A stretch of 64,000 nucleotides of DNA from the human T2T-CHM13v2.0 reference genome, Homo sapiens: assembly GCF_009914755.1 (NCBI RefSeq), contig NC_060935.1, one strand, 5' to 3'. The notes under the pieces were generated by a model. The model was not told the origin of the DNA. It saw only the letters and a list, made by a program, of their open reading frames with translations, and ran no database searches. Made by a program: the position numbers and the translations under genes. Below are positions 29,518 through 42,363 of the stretch, piece by piece. How positions within the stretch are numbered: position 1 is the first letter of the stretch; every line of letters begins with the position of its first letter.

Positions 29518-30269
29518 GATTTACTTGTTTTAAGTTTGTATAACTTCACTAAGAAATTCATAAACAAGAAAATAAACCTTTGCCAGCCCAACTTGTGTAA
29601 CGTTTAGGTCAAAAGCTATGGTCCTTATAAATAAATCCTTGCCAAAAACGGTCAAGACAAACACTGGGCTTGCCTCATGGCTCCGTGAACATGCAGTGCA
29701 GTGGGAGGCGGCATGATGGGTTCAGGGCTGCGAGTCCCAGTGCAGGCCACCATTCATGCTTTCCTAGCATATTGTACTTCTCTCAATAGCAACTGTCCCA
29801 AGGATACTGAAATGATCAATTCTGCAATTAGTTTCATTGTCTTACTTCTTCCGTTAGAATGTACCAGTGCCTGCATGTAGCAGACACTCAATATATATTT
29901 GTTAAAATAAATCAATGAGAGGGACAAGAGGCCTGCGTTCTGGCCTAATATGGGGGGAGTTGGGAAAGTTACTTTCTCTCTTTGGGCCTCAGTTTCCCCA
30001 TTTATAAAATAAGGATTTGGATGAGATGATCCATTAGGTCCTTCCAGCATAACTGACCCAATAGAGAAGGTCAAAACAACGTCAAGTTAGTTGATTCTGT
30101 TCTTAAATTCAATAAACTTTACTCAGTACCTGGTGGATGCTGGACTTTGTGTTAATTCACAGAGATGAGATATATCATCTGCCCTAAAAAATTTTACATT
30201 CTCTTTATTTATACCATACTTTGTTCCAGGAAGGGTTTAAAATAGGTCTTATAATCACAAACCATACTT

Positions 30270-30545
30270 CTGAAAGTGAACCTTGTGAAATAGTAGTTCT
30301 ATGAGGTCCTCAAGAAGAAGCTCCTGCAGTCAAATAAGTTTGGAAAACGTTGCATCCTATATTCTTATTGTAGAAAGTCACAATGAATATCAATATATTA
30401 AAGGCTCCAAGAAGTCTTAGAATAAAGAAAGCTGCTTATTCGATTACTAGAGCATTATCCAATTTGACCTCAGAACTCTTTACCCCACCCAGTAACCTGT
30501 GTAATATTCCATTCCATGGAACCCCCTCTGGGAAGCCCTGCTCTA
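30270..30545. mobile_element. hAT-Charlie-like DNA transposon remnant
   Basis: caaataagtttggaaaacgttgc...tattaaaggctccaagaagtc...ctctgggaagccctgctctag; approximate. Confidence 0.5.
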
Positions 30546-30606
30546 GTGAACTCCTGTAGGCACATGGCATCTTGGGCACATAGTCCATGCTGCTCTGAGG
30601 CTGCCT

Positions 30607-30677
30607 GAAAATATCATCACCAGACCTTTAGTGGGATTGGGTCAATGAATCATTGAGGTGCCAGTTTGGAAGATGTG
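30607..30677. repeat. Composite repeat: inverted copy of 32007-32053 plus direct copy of 32111-32131
   Basis: 44/47 inverted identity and 21/21 direct identity by direct comparison. Confidence 0.93.
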
Positions 30678-31339
30678 AAGCAGGTGTTCTCAGGGAGGGT
30701 TAGCTCTAGATGTGGAATCACAGAGAATCACAAATGTGGAAATCCACAGTCAATTTCTTCAAATGGACCAAGTGATACCCTGAAGATCTGCAGTATCCTA
30801 TAAGTTTCAGAGGGACTTTGAGTACCTGTGGGTGGAACAAGGTTTGCTTTCATCCAGCCATTTGCTTCCAGGATAATCACACCCCCATTAGCCAGCATGA
30901 GGAAGGCTCTTCCAGGATGACTTGCTGACTTTCTTAAAGCAATATGCCCGTCCTTACCCACTGAGGCTAGTTCCGCAAACCCTGAAACTCATCAATAATT
31001 CAGACAGCCCACGTGACATTAATAATCCCTTCGGAAAGACTCACACCAGGCATTTGCTAGAGTCAAAGTAATGTAATTTTAAAGTTTAGAGAAGGGCTAA
31101 CAAAGCTTTTCAAAAGAAATGATGCCCTTTAAATGACAAGGGACCACTTTATCTTCAATCTCCTGCTTAGGCCTATGAAGAAGTCCCCCTTGCAGCTAGC
31201 ACCAGGTATGATTAGAAGACTTTCAGAATCCTTGAAGGTATTTATTTTTTAGTTAAGTGGCATGGATTCTATGCAATACACTTATCATATATCAAATGGC
31301 CCATTTCTTTATGTTTCTCTTACTGGTCCTCTTGTACTT

Positions 31340-31785
31340 TTTTTCTCTCTCCATATTCACTTCCCTAGACAAAGCCATCATCATCTCTTACCTAGATGAC
31401 AGCAATAGTCTGCTAATCGGTCTTCTTGTTCTCAATGGTCCCCCCTCAATTCTCCTTTCACAATAGGGCCAGACTGAACTTCCAAATCACAAATGTGACC
31501 TAGTTATCATCTTGCTTTTAAAAACCTTCAGACGCTTTCTTATACCCTCATGTTAAATTCCGCAATCTATAAGGCCCCAACAATCCAAGTTAGTGGGGTG
31601 GTTACTTGCTAAGTGGTAGCCTCTGGACTCCCCTGTCATAACCCTCATCACACTTTGTTGGAATTATTGGTTTTAGTGTCTTCTCTGCTAGACTGCAGGC
31701 ACCTTGAGAGCAGGGACCATATCTGTTATGTGGTATTCATATTTCCTACCACTTAGGAGTTCAGCATATTTGTTGAGTAAACATT
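31340..31785 (+). mobile_element. L2 LINE 3' fragment
   Basis: agccatcatcatctcttacctagatgacagcaatagtctgctaatcggtct...ctagactgcaggcaccttgagagcagggacc...atttgttgagt. Confidence 0.75.
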
Positions 31786-32829
31786 GTTTCTTTAGTCTCT
31801 ACCAAAGCAACTGGGAAGCAATGAACAAAATCCGGCCCATCTTTGAACAGTAAAGTACTCTACTCTGACAAGACCTGAGCTTCCATGACACAGATCTCTG
31901 AATTATTTTTTTAGAATTAGTATCCATTATACCAAAATATCAGCCAGATGAGGGCTTGGGTCAGACCTTGATTTTGCCAAGAAACATTTGCCTTTTAAAA
32001 CAAGTTATGATTCATTGACCTAATCCAACTAAAGTTCTGGTGATGATATTTTCTGAACTGAAGATCAGAGCAGGTGATTTGAGAAAGAATATAGGCCACT
32101 TCCCAGTAAGGGTGCCAGTTTGGAAGATGTGGTGTGGAGGAAAATATACTGGAAATTATGGACATTCTCGGTGACTTATGGTGACAGAAGATAGAATGCT
32201 GAAACATGGATAAAGTCAGGAAATGCAGAGTCCTGGTTCTGCTACTTATTAGAAGTGTGAGCCAGGATGACCCATTCAACTCCCTCAACTTCAGTTTCCT
32301 TTTTCAATTGAATGGGTATCATTATATCTATTCCCTCAAAAAAAAATCACATGACTCACCTAAGACTCATGGATGTGAAAAAACTTCACATAGTAGGAAA
32401 ATTTTCCATCAAATAGATGGTAACATGATAAAATTTAGCCCACCCTGAAGAGTCCTCTGCTAATGATAATGTGTGAAATGCCTGTTTTTAAAGAGGCTAG
32501 GAAGTACTACTCTTTCTTGCTGGAATGATTTTATTGTCAGTTGAGGACCAGCACATGAAATATGAAGACCCTTGCTCTTCCTCCATCTGTTGGATCCTAT
32601 GCGACACCTTTGCTGTATTTGGCAAAGCTGTCCTAGCTGAAAAGCATTTAGTCAGTTATGTTTCCCCAAAACCCTTTCCATAAGTTTTAAAACAGCTGTT
32701 GCTATCTCTTATTAAAAGCCAATTTAGCCTTTTCCTTTACAGTTTCAAAAATTAATTTAGCTAATGAAGTCCTTCTTCAAATTAAGGGTGAGAATAAGAA
32801 TAAGAATATGATGATAAAGCAGTATAATT

Positions 32830-33020
32830 CATACTTATTGAGCATAATTCCTGCCTATATACTAAGCACTTTGTATTTGTTACTTCACTTAATCCTCATA
32901 CTAGCCTTATGAGGTGGGTCCTGTTAGCAAGAGAAGAGAAGTTAAATCACTTGCCCAAGGTCACTTAGTTCCCTGAGTGTTGAAGCTGGGATTCAAACCC
33001 AAGCAGTCTGACTCTAGAAT
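32830..33020 (-). mobile_element. MIR SINE
   Basis: cacttaatcctcata...gttaaatcacttgcccaaggtcac...ggattcaaacccaagcagtctgactctaga. Confidence 0.8.
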
Positions 33021-33888
33021 ATGTGTCCCTATCTGCAGAGCACACATTTTGTACCAGGTGCTGTGTTAGGGCCTGAGAACAAAAAGATGAATATGACATG
33101 GTATTTCTCCTCAAGGAGCTTAGAGTCTTTTCAGAGCACACATATCTGATTATTCTGAGACTTGTTCTTAGAGCTATGTGGCCTATTTGGAAAATCAGGT
33201 ACCACCCAACTAATGTAAATGTTTAAAATGGAAGGAATTACTTTGCCTCTAGGGAACACTCTTCAAAGACAAAACTTACCAAAGTCAGGCCTTCTCTGAA
33301 AAGGAAAACAAACAAATAAACAAACAGACCATCTGCTCCCTGAGGTCAGGGATCTGTTTGTCCCCTTGTCTCCAGACCCTGGCGCAGGTGCCTAGTACAC
33401 AGTGGGTGCTCCATAGATGCTCGTTGGACGAATGAACACAGTAGTACTAGAAAGTAGTCCTTAAAATTTCTTAACTTGCTCTTGGGTCTCTTCCTTTCTC
33501 AGGCCACCCACCCTGGTTGCCAGCATCTTAATTCTGGTGGACCAGGGGCCATAACAGATGGGCAGGGTGACATGAGATGGGGTGGAAAGAGTGAAAGGTG
33601 TATGTATGTGGGGCGGGGGGAGGGAAAAACAAAAGTACAATGGTATTGTCACAAACAGATCTGAGCATCTTGTGGGGAGAATGACACTCCAGGTATATCA
33701 ACCACCTTGTGACCGAAAACCCATCCCCTTTGGGCAATGGATGCTGCGACAAAACTGGGGATGCATTAGCTTCCAGACATCATGCTTATGTGGTGTATAT
33801 ACATTTTTATATACACATTTCTTCTTTTATACTCATACACAAACACACACACAAAGACAACAGGAAAATAGAGGAAGGAAGACCATAC

Positions 33889-33915
33889 CTTTAACTACCC
33901 TATCCAGATAGTGAG
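33889..33915 (-). CDS. TENM4: TENM4 27-nt microexon encoding AHYLDRVVK (insert between EGF7 and EGF8)
   Basis: CTTTTATCTCCCTAG|CT CAC TAT CTG GAT AGG GTA GTT AAA G|GTATGG. Phase 1-1, frame-preserving, and matches the teneurin EGF7-EGF8 splice insert. Confidence 0.93.
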
Positions 33916-36900
33916 CTAGGGAGATAAAAGACAGGACATTTAAGGTAGGATCCAGTAAGTGCAATATCGCCTGCCACATAACCATGCCAGATGCTACACA
34001 GACAAAGGGATTGTGCCCCACGTTTGGGACAGGCATATGACATGGTGGGGAAAATAAAACCAAAGACAGGATGACATGAGAGAGGAGAAGGGAGAGCAAG
34101 CATTCTCCAGGGATGGCCAAAAGGAACTTCAACTCATTCTGTGATCCAGGCATTTGGAAATGTGATCACAGAAACAAGAAGACATATGAATAAGGAAAAC
34201 AGACAAAGAAGGATGGGAAACTGCAAAAGTGGCCACACTCCTGCTCTGCCAGCTTCGTCTGGCTTTACGGAAAACTAGAGCCTGTCCCTTTGACTACTCA
34301 GAGCAGCATCCAACCTCCCTACAGGTGAAGCAGCCATAACAAGAACAAGTGGTACCCCATCTCGGCAGAGGCCTTTCCAAGAAGTTGGAATTTAGAAATA
34401 CGCAAAATTTGAATCATCTCTGATATGCACTAGTGAAGGGGGTTGAGTCTTTGGTCAAATATACTGCTGGATTATCTGTTTGCCATTCTTGAATTTTCCA
34501 TGTACACATGTGCCCACATATGCTTGAATGCAAAATGCTTAGCGTTCTAAGTAAGATGCATCCCTCCTTTGTGCATCGTACACAGACTATGAGGTGCAGG
34601 TCAATGGATGTCACTGTGAAAAACAAGACAAAGCAAAGAAAATCTGACCACTTCTCAATGCTTATTAACCCTAAAGAAAGATGTGTGCTTTGTTTTCCAA
34701 TGGAGGGGTTGTATCCAAGCCTTGAGTTATTTGGCCTTCTAAAGTTTTGCTTATTTGAGGATGAGCATCAAAGGTTGCTCTGAAATAAACCCCACTGTGT
34801 CTATATATGGGTGTCTGGCTGTGTGTTTAGAGCAGGGCAGGCCTCTTAATTCCCAGCATGAATCACTAATACCATTTCACCTGCCCTCCCTAGGCTGTAG
34901 TTATAGCTCTTTGAGGAGCTTCTCTTTCTCTGTCTCTCCACACCTCCTACTAGTGTGTTCTGCAAAGGCCGGGTAGCTGGGCAGTCTCCTGAAGGATCTG
35001 ATGCCTTCAGCCAGGCTGCACTCCAGCCCCAGCTGAATTTCACACATGAATCAAAAGTCCATCAGACAGGACCGGACTGCAACGGTGTGGCCTTATCAGG
35101 AATCCCTAGGGTTCTTTAAATATTCTTACTCTCTTCATAAAAAACCATAAATTATATTTTTTCAATTCTCTGGATAGAACAGATATTGTTGTTCATCACT
35201 ATATATTAGCCTCAAAGACTAGTGGATGAGAGGCTGTGTTCTTAGTTCAGGTATCCGTGTGGTCTCTGGTTCAAGATGAAATATGCTTCTGGAGCCTGCA
35301 CAGCCAAGTGGAAAATTGGGAAGAGGAAATTTTAACTGAGGCTACATGCTTTTCTTCATTCTTACAGATGTCGTGGAGTCCATGAGATGCAGGATACAAG
35401 ATAGGAACATGAAAGAGAGTACTTATTAAGTAGGGGTGAGTAAACAAAGCTATGGAATGCCAAACAATGAAAAATGGGGACAGCCCACACGAAAAATGGC
35501 CTAGGAAATACCTCTGGCTAAAGGGAAATCTTTCTTGATTCTTGGCTTATCTGTCACTTTAGTCTTAGTCAAGCTAATTTATCTAATTTTGCAAAGTGGT
35601 CTAAAATTTCTTATATCTCATCTCCCAGGATATGCTATCAAAGGGCATGAATACATAGAATCACCTGGCTCTTGTGGTTTTGTTAGCTTTCTTATCTGCA
35701 GAATTTTTTGGAGGGTCCCAATTATAAGTTCTTACAATAACTCTGAATCCAGTTATAGAAGAGGTGTAGTGAGCCTAGATTTTTTTTTCCCAGGGATGGC
35801 TAGGCTGGATGAGATGCCATCACTGGGATCCAAGTGGTCATAGCTTCCACCGTGAGGGAGTTCTCTGATGAAAAAAACTTTCCTGATTGTCTCCAAACTT
35901 AATGGTAGTATAGTGGTTCTGGTGGTGAGTGAAGCTTATATCCATTCTACAGGATAATCTCCCCAGGGCCAGGGGCTGACTTAAGAGAGCTCTCTCTCTT
36001 CTAATGCCATTTCATTTTCAAGAACCACATAACCATGAAGAGCACTATTAAGTGAAAATATGTTTTTGATACCTTTAAAAATTCTTACTAATTTCTCCAG
36101 ACCACAGGTAGGAAAGAAAATCAGTGGAAATGATGGAGGCAGGCTCAGGTTACCATCAGCACTGTGAGTTTTCAGGAGACAAAAGTAGACATTCAAAACT
36201 TCAAATCCTGACTCCACAAATCAAAAGGGATTCCTTTGCTACAAAGAGCCCCCGAGCCACACTGTGAATCCAAAAGCTGGTAACAGCCAGTTAATACCAA
36301 GTCCATGAGTTTTCCGGGAATGGAATGGAGCTTCCTTGTCTCTGGCTATTGAAAATGGGAGTGACAAATGGGTCTTTGAACTTTACTGCCATTTATTTAT
36401 AAAAGGCATATGCGGAAGTCCATACTGTGGTTGCTTTTATTGTTTGAAAACCTTGGCACATATGCTGTTGAGTACAGTTGTTTAAAAATTCATGATTTTA
36501 AAGTACCAACTTTTAGAAAAGATGATGCAAGCTTTGCATTATGAAAGGTGGATTCAGGACTTCATCAATTCCTGCATCTTTCTCTTCAGAACTTCAGGAT
36601 GAAGATGATGGCAGTAGGCATCTTTTCTCTTGGGCAACGCTTGTTTCTTTGGCATTGTACAAATGTTTCTCATACTCCTACTATGTTCCTATCTCTGTGT
36701 GAAAAGCCGGAGATAATAAAGGTACTATAGCTATTTATGCTACAGACTGAGCTTTTGGCATGAGGTTGGTCTGCACGGTCTTAGCTCTCTTTGGCCTTTC
36801 TCTGATCACCAACATAAAACTTCTTTCCTTGACTTGCCTCTACCAACAGAGGTTTCCAAAAGTTTCTCTTGGGATAATCTTAAGAATCTTCAGGGGCCCC

Positions 36901-37460
36901 CTATCCAAAGTTATGGAGAACATGGCAAGAGGCTTTCCATTCTTACTCTCCAGGAGCCTCAGGGCAACTCGAACGGCTGCATCATTGGTACATGTTAGGC
37001 CACAAGAAACAAGGATCACTACAGGTGATGGGTTGGCGGTTCTAGTCATCCGAACTTCTTTCGGATGGGTGACAAACCACCAAAGAGATGTTCTTGCTAA
37101 GCTCTTGGATACATCAGTGCTCTTCTCTCTTTGGATAAGTGGTCAGTGACACCCACACTGAGAGAAATTCAAAGCCAGATTCCCACCCCACCACGTGTGG
37201 GCTGAAGTCTCCCAGGATCATCAGCAAATTAAACTTGTGCTCTGATAACTTGAGGTAGATCCCTGTACATTTTCTCTTTCTCCTTGTCAGCATCTGTCTC
37301 GTCAAACCACAGGTCCTGTTGTGAGTGAATGCTTTCAGGAGGGATAACCATAGCGTTATCACAGGGGCCTATACCTCATGAGTGATTTGTGGGCTCTTGG
37401 TTAAGGATTTTCTGATTATGAAAAAGAAATCTGATAGCTATCATTCAAAAGCAAACAAAG

Positions 37461-38136
<676 letters not shown>

Positions 38137-41100
38137 TCACACAAGTAATTGCATCTTCAGGGTATCATTTTGATCTTTACCCCCAGAGGAAGCTTTTGTT
38201 TAAAAATCAGGACTTCTAGGATTGGACAGCTCTCCTGAAGTCTGGTAAATAATTCTGTATATGTGGTATCTTGAACAATCACAGCTTTAGAGTCAAGCTG
38301 GAATTTTATTAATGTAATCAGAAGCTGGCATTTTCTACAGGTGTTTTCTTTACTTTAGAGACGAGGGGCACTGAGGTAAATAGAAAAACCATGATAGAAT
38401 TGATCCAAAATGTTAGTAGTGTTTTCAAAGAAATAGGAAAAAAATTAAACGCCTTGTTAAATTTAACTACGATTTTCAGCTTTCTCAAAGGAAATCAGAG
38501 GTCAAGCACCAGACTTCATGGATCCATAAAACTCCTTGAAAAGATCCAAAAATATGCACTTGGTGACTCTCTGTCAATCATATACTTGAGAAACAGATCC
38601 AAATCAATCCATCTTGGCCTGACTTCTGGACTAGGAAAACTGGGTTTCATATATGCAAGTGGGAGTATTAGTGCCATGTAAGTAACAGTAAAAATGAAGA
38701 ATCCCTTTTTCTTCATGAGATATTTTTAGGAGCAGGTGACTCACTTTTGGGCTGATGGGTGTGCAGTTCTGTGGGCAGTGGAGGAGGGGGATGAACTTCT
38801 GTCACCCTTGGGGACCTACTCCAGCCACTCCATTCTGTGATTCATGGATAGAGAAACTAAAGCCTCAGGCAACTGCGTGGTCTGGCCCTGGTGCTTTTAC
38901 CAAAGACCCTTCTTCAAGATGCAAAGAGACAGGTGATTCCTAACATAAGGAATTAGGATTGAATGTGAAATATTTTTGCTGTTTGACAAAAATACTGTCA
39001 TTGAAGAGGATGCCACTGTCAAATTCCCTTTCATTCTGAAAACCAACCTCTCTTGAGAAGAATCATGTAGCTTCCATGAAAGATAAGGTGAGCCAAAGGC
39101 TCCAAAAGAAGATATTTAATTCCTACTATAATAATCTGCTCTGGGAAATGTCACTGGGGTAAAAAGGCTCTTAACGCTGGGGACTTGGCCATAAGGGGCC
39201 CAGATTTGTCTTGTTCTTTAAATTCTGTATTCCTGCTGTAAGGTCATCAAGCCATTCCTTCCTGTTTACGCAGGGCGGCAGTATGTAAATAAACAGGCCC
39301 TCTTTTTTTGCTTCCACTGCCTAGAGGTCTCGAAATCAGTGTCATGGATACCAGCTCTTTCTCTGGTATGGGAAATAACTATTGCAGCTAGGAGCTAGCT
39401 ACACGATAATGACCTATTGTATGATAATGAAATCTGATAACAAGAGAAAATTTAACACTTTGAATTTCTAACTTTTCACATCAGCAGTTTTTTTCTTTTC
39501 CTAAATGACTCTCACAGGGAGTAAAGTTCTCTGGAAACAAGGAAATGCTTCTTGTTACCATCAAAGACTAAAAATGGATTTCCCCTTCTCATTTCTATTT
39601 CAACAAGAAAAGGATGGGACCATTGTTTCTCTACTTTGCCTCCCCTCCCCCTTCCCTTATATCCTACAGGGTTATTGAAGTGTTCCTTCAGCACGAGGGT
39701 GTTGAGTTTCTCATGGGGACGCAGCTGGCCACGGGCAGAGACCCACAGAGAGAAGGTTACCATGCAGGAAAATTAGACAAGGACGAAGAAAATGCTCACC
39801 ACACAATGAGAGGTATTAATAGAATTCCCAGCCAAAGTCCTTTCAGCTGAGCCACTATGACTAGTCTATTGCTTCTTCAATGTCCTATGACATTTCTTTG
39901 GTATTTAGGACCGTCAACCTTATTCTTATATTGTGCACATTTACTTTGATGTATTTCTTATCTGGAGGGGAAAAGCTATCTGCATCCCCAAGGTGGAATC
40001 TGTTCTAGAAGAGCGACAACAGAGCATACAGGGGAGGTAGAAGTGGATGGTTTGACTTCTTGGCATCAAAATAAAAGGGACATTCTTAAGGCCAGGCTGA
40101 TGAATATCCAGAAAACACTGCCTGTAAAACAGCCTGCCCACAAGCCCCAACATGAGTCATGTGTGATTAGACGAAGGGAGAGGTTCCCTAAGATGAGATG
40201 CGTTTATCTTATAACATTTTTGTCCAACATTTGCAAACGTTTTGGAGTTTGGTAAGATGAGCTGAGGACTCTGTAAGCAAGAGACAGCAAACAGAATGGG
40301 CCCTCTCTGGGCTCTGGTTTTTTTGTTTCTGTTTTTTTTTTTTGTTTTGTTTTTGTTTTTTAGATAGGTGTGGGCTTTCTTCTGGGCTGGGAGGTTGAAA
40401 GGTTGGTTCATCCTCAGTCATGCAGAAAAGGGAAGGTGAGGGGAAAGCAGAGTTTAAAGAAGAGGCCCCCTCAGATGACCAGGGCCACTTCTCACTAAGG
40501 GGTTTCCAGGACAAGTGTAAGGGAGGATGACACCGATATAAAGAAGCCATCAAGGTGCACACAGTAACATGACGCAGCACAACCTGCAGTGGCTGCCATT
40601 GTGATGGAGTGGCTCTGTTGAGGGTGGAGGCTGGGCAGATTAGGTGAGGGACTCTGAGTGCAGCTGCCACGACAGGGCACAGTCTCCAGGAGGGACAGGA
40701 GCAGATGCCTCAGTAGAAAACCAGGACTTTATCGTGCAAGGGCTGCAGAGTAAGCAGCTGGTAAGGAAAAATCGAGTGTCAAATTCCTGCTCTACCTCTT
40801 TGAAGTTCCGTGACCTTAAGCCTCAGGTCCTTGAAAATGAGGAAATAATACATACTGCTTCACAGGGTGATTGTAAGGAGGACAAAATAATGCAGCTAAA
40901 GTTCTTAGTGCAGCTCTCGGCACGTTGTGAATACTTAAAAATCAGAAGCCATTATTATTATTAATATTAATAAATGTAAGGTATTCCATGGCCAAAACCC
41001 AGGGATGTTGCAGGGGCAGGGACCAAGGATACAAACTAATGTTAGGCTTCAAAACAAAAACAATGAAGACTGAAAAAACCCTCAAGGGGTAAGAGGTAGC

Positions 41101-42177
41101 TCTGTTTGCTCAAAATTCCTTTGTCTCTCCAAAGCTGTGGGGCTTGTCTTCCAGTTTCTCTAAGACCCAAGAGGTCACTTTCTAAGCCAGAAAGGTACCT
41201 GGAATCCTGCCTTCTAAAGCCATGTGCTCACCATCTGATCACAGACCCTTCATTTAAAAAAAAACCAAAAAACAAAAAACAAAAACGGAAGGGGAAGAAG
41301 CTAAAACACACATATATACACAAACCGGTTGATTCAATAAAGAGCTTTTGGTGAGTGCTCATTCCAGGATAATAAACCAAGCAAAACGTCTGGCTGAGTT
41401 TAAAATCAACAAAACCGGCAGGAAAGGCAGAAGGAAGGGAACGAAGTGATCAGCTTGTTTTCAGAGCTGCTTCAGCAGGAGCTGGTGCCGAGGAGACCCC
41501 AAGGGAGGGGAAAGGAGACAAATGCAGACAGGATGGAAGCTGAGGACGGGGGAAGATCCCAGGCCTAATGGACTCCAGATGTGGCCTTAGGGCCTGTGGG
41601 GAGCTCTCCCCAGGATTCCAGACCTCTTGGGGAATTCTGACCTAGGAGCCCAGTGGGCATGGAGGGCTCAGAGCTAAGCCCCAGCCATCCCAGCAAGATA
41701 ATGCATTGGATAATAATGGCTGCATGTACTGGGCACTCCACTGTATGCCAGCCTTTGCTAAGGTCTTCACATGTATTATTATCCCCATCTTACGAGTGAG
41801 GAAACTGAGGCTCAGAAAGTTGACGGGGCTTGCCCATAGCTGCTAAGAAGTGCTCATCTGCCTCATTCCTCAACACAGAGCTCCCTGACACAGATCCATA
41901 CCGCATGTAGCCTTGGAGGAGCTAAAGAGCAAGGTGTGCTAACCAGCTAACCAGGACATGGGAAATGGAAATTGGGAGTAATAAGGTTGAAAATACCAAA
42001 TCGTGAGTTTAAATCCAACCGATGGCTAGGAAATGCCAGTCATAATACCTCCAGATGAAAGGACTTTCTTCCCCATCCCCACATGCGATGAGGGCCCAGG
42101 CTGGCCCTGAAATGCCCCAACAGACAAAGATGTCCTGCAGACCAGAGAAGGTACCCGGGGACCTCGGCCCGCCATAC

Positions 42178-42363
42178 CGATGGTGCAGTGTTCGCCATTC
42201 CAGCCAGGGCTGCACTCGCACTTGCCGTCGCGGCAGGTCCCATGCTCGGCACAGCGCGGGTGGCAGGCCCGCTGGTCGCAGGCTGCCCCCATCCAGCCAT
42301 CCTCGCAGCGGCAGGTGCCCCCTACGCACACGCCATGGCCACCACAGTCGGCAGCACAGATCT
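42178..42363 (-). CDS. TENM4: TENM4 coding exon, 186 nt, EGF repeats 6 and 7
   Basis: Acceptor CTCCTCCCCACAG|AG after a long pyrimidine tract, donor TCG|GTATGG, phase 1-1. Reads (E)[61 protein letters not shown]. CpG-rich relative to its flanks. Confidence 0.97.

Noticed and set aside
26426-33888. Search for a second in-frame microexon like the extra short insert described at this position in Tenm3
   Set aside because: By eye I found no frame-preserving candidate with both splice sites; only the 16-nt stop-containing candidate stood out.
40317-40372. Long plus-strand T tract ending TTTAG|ATAG|GT as an antisense exon
   Set aside because: A simple T-rich repeat; no convincing exon partner identified.
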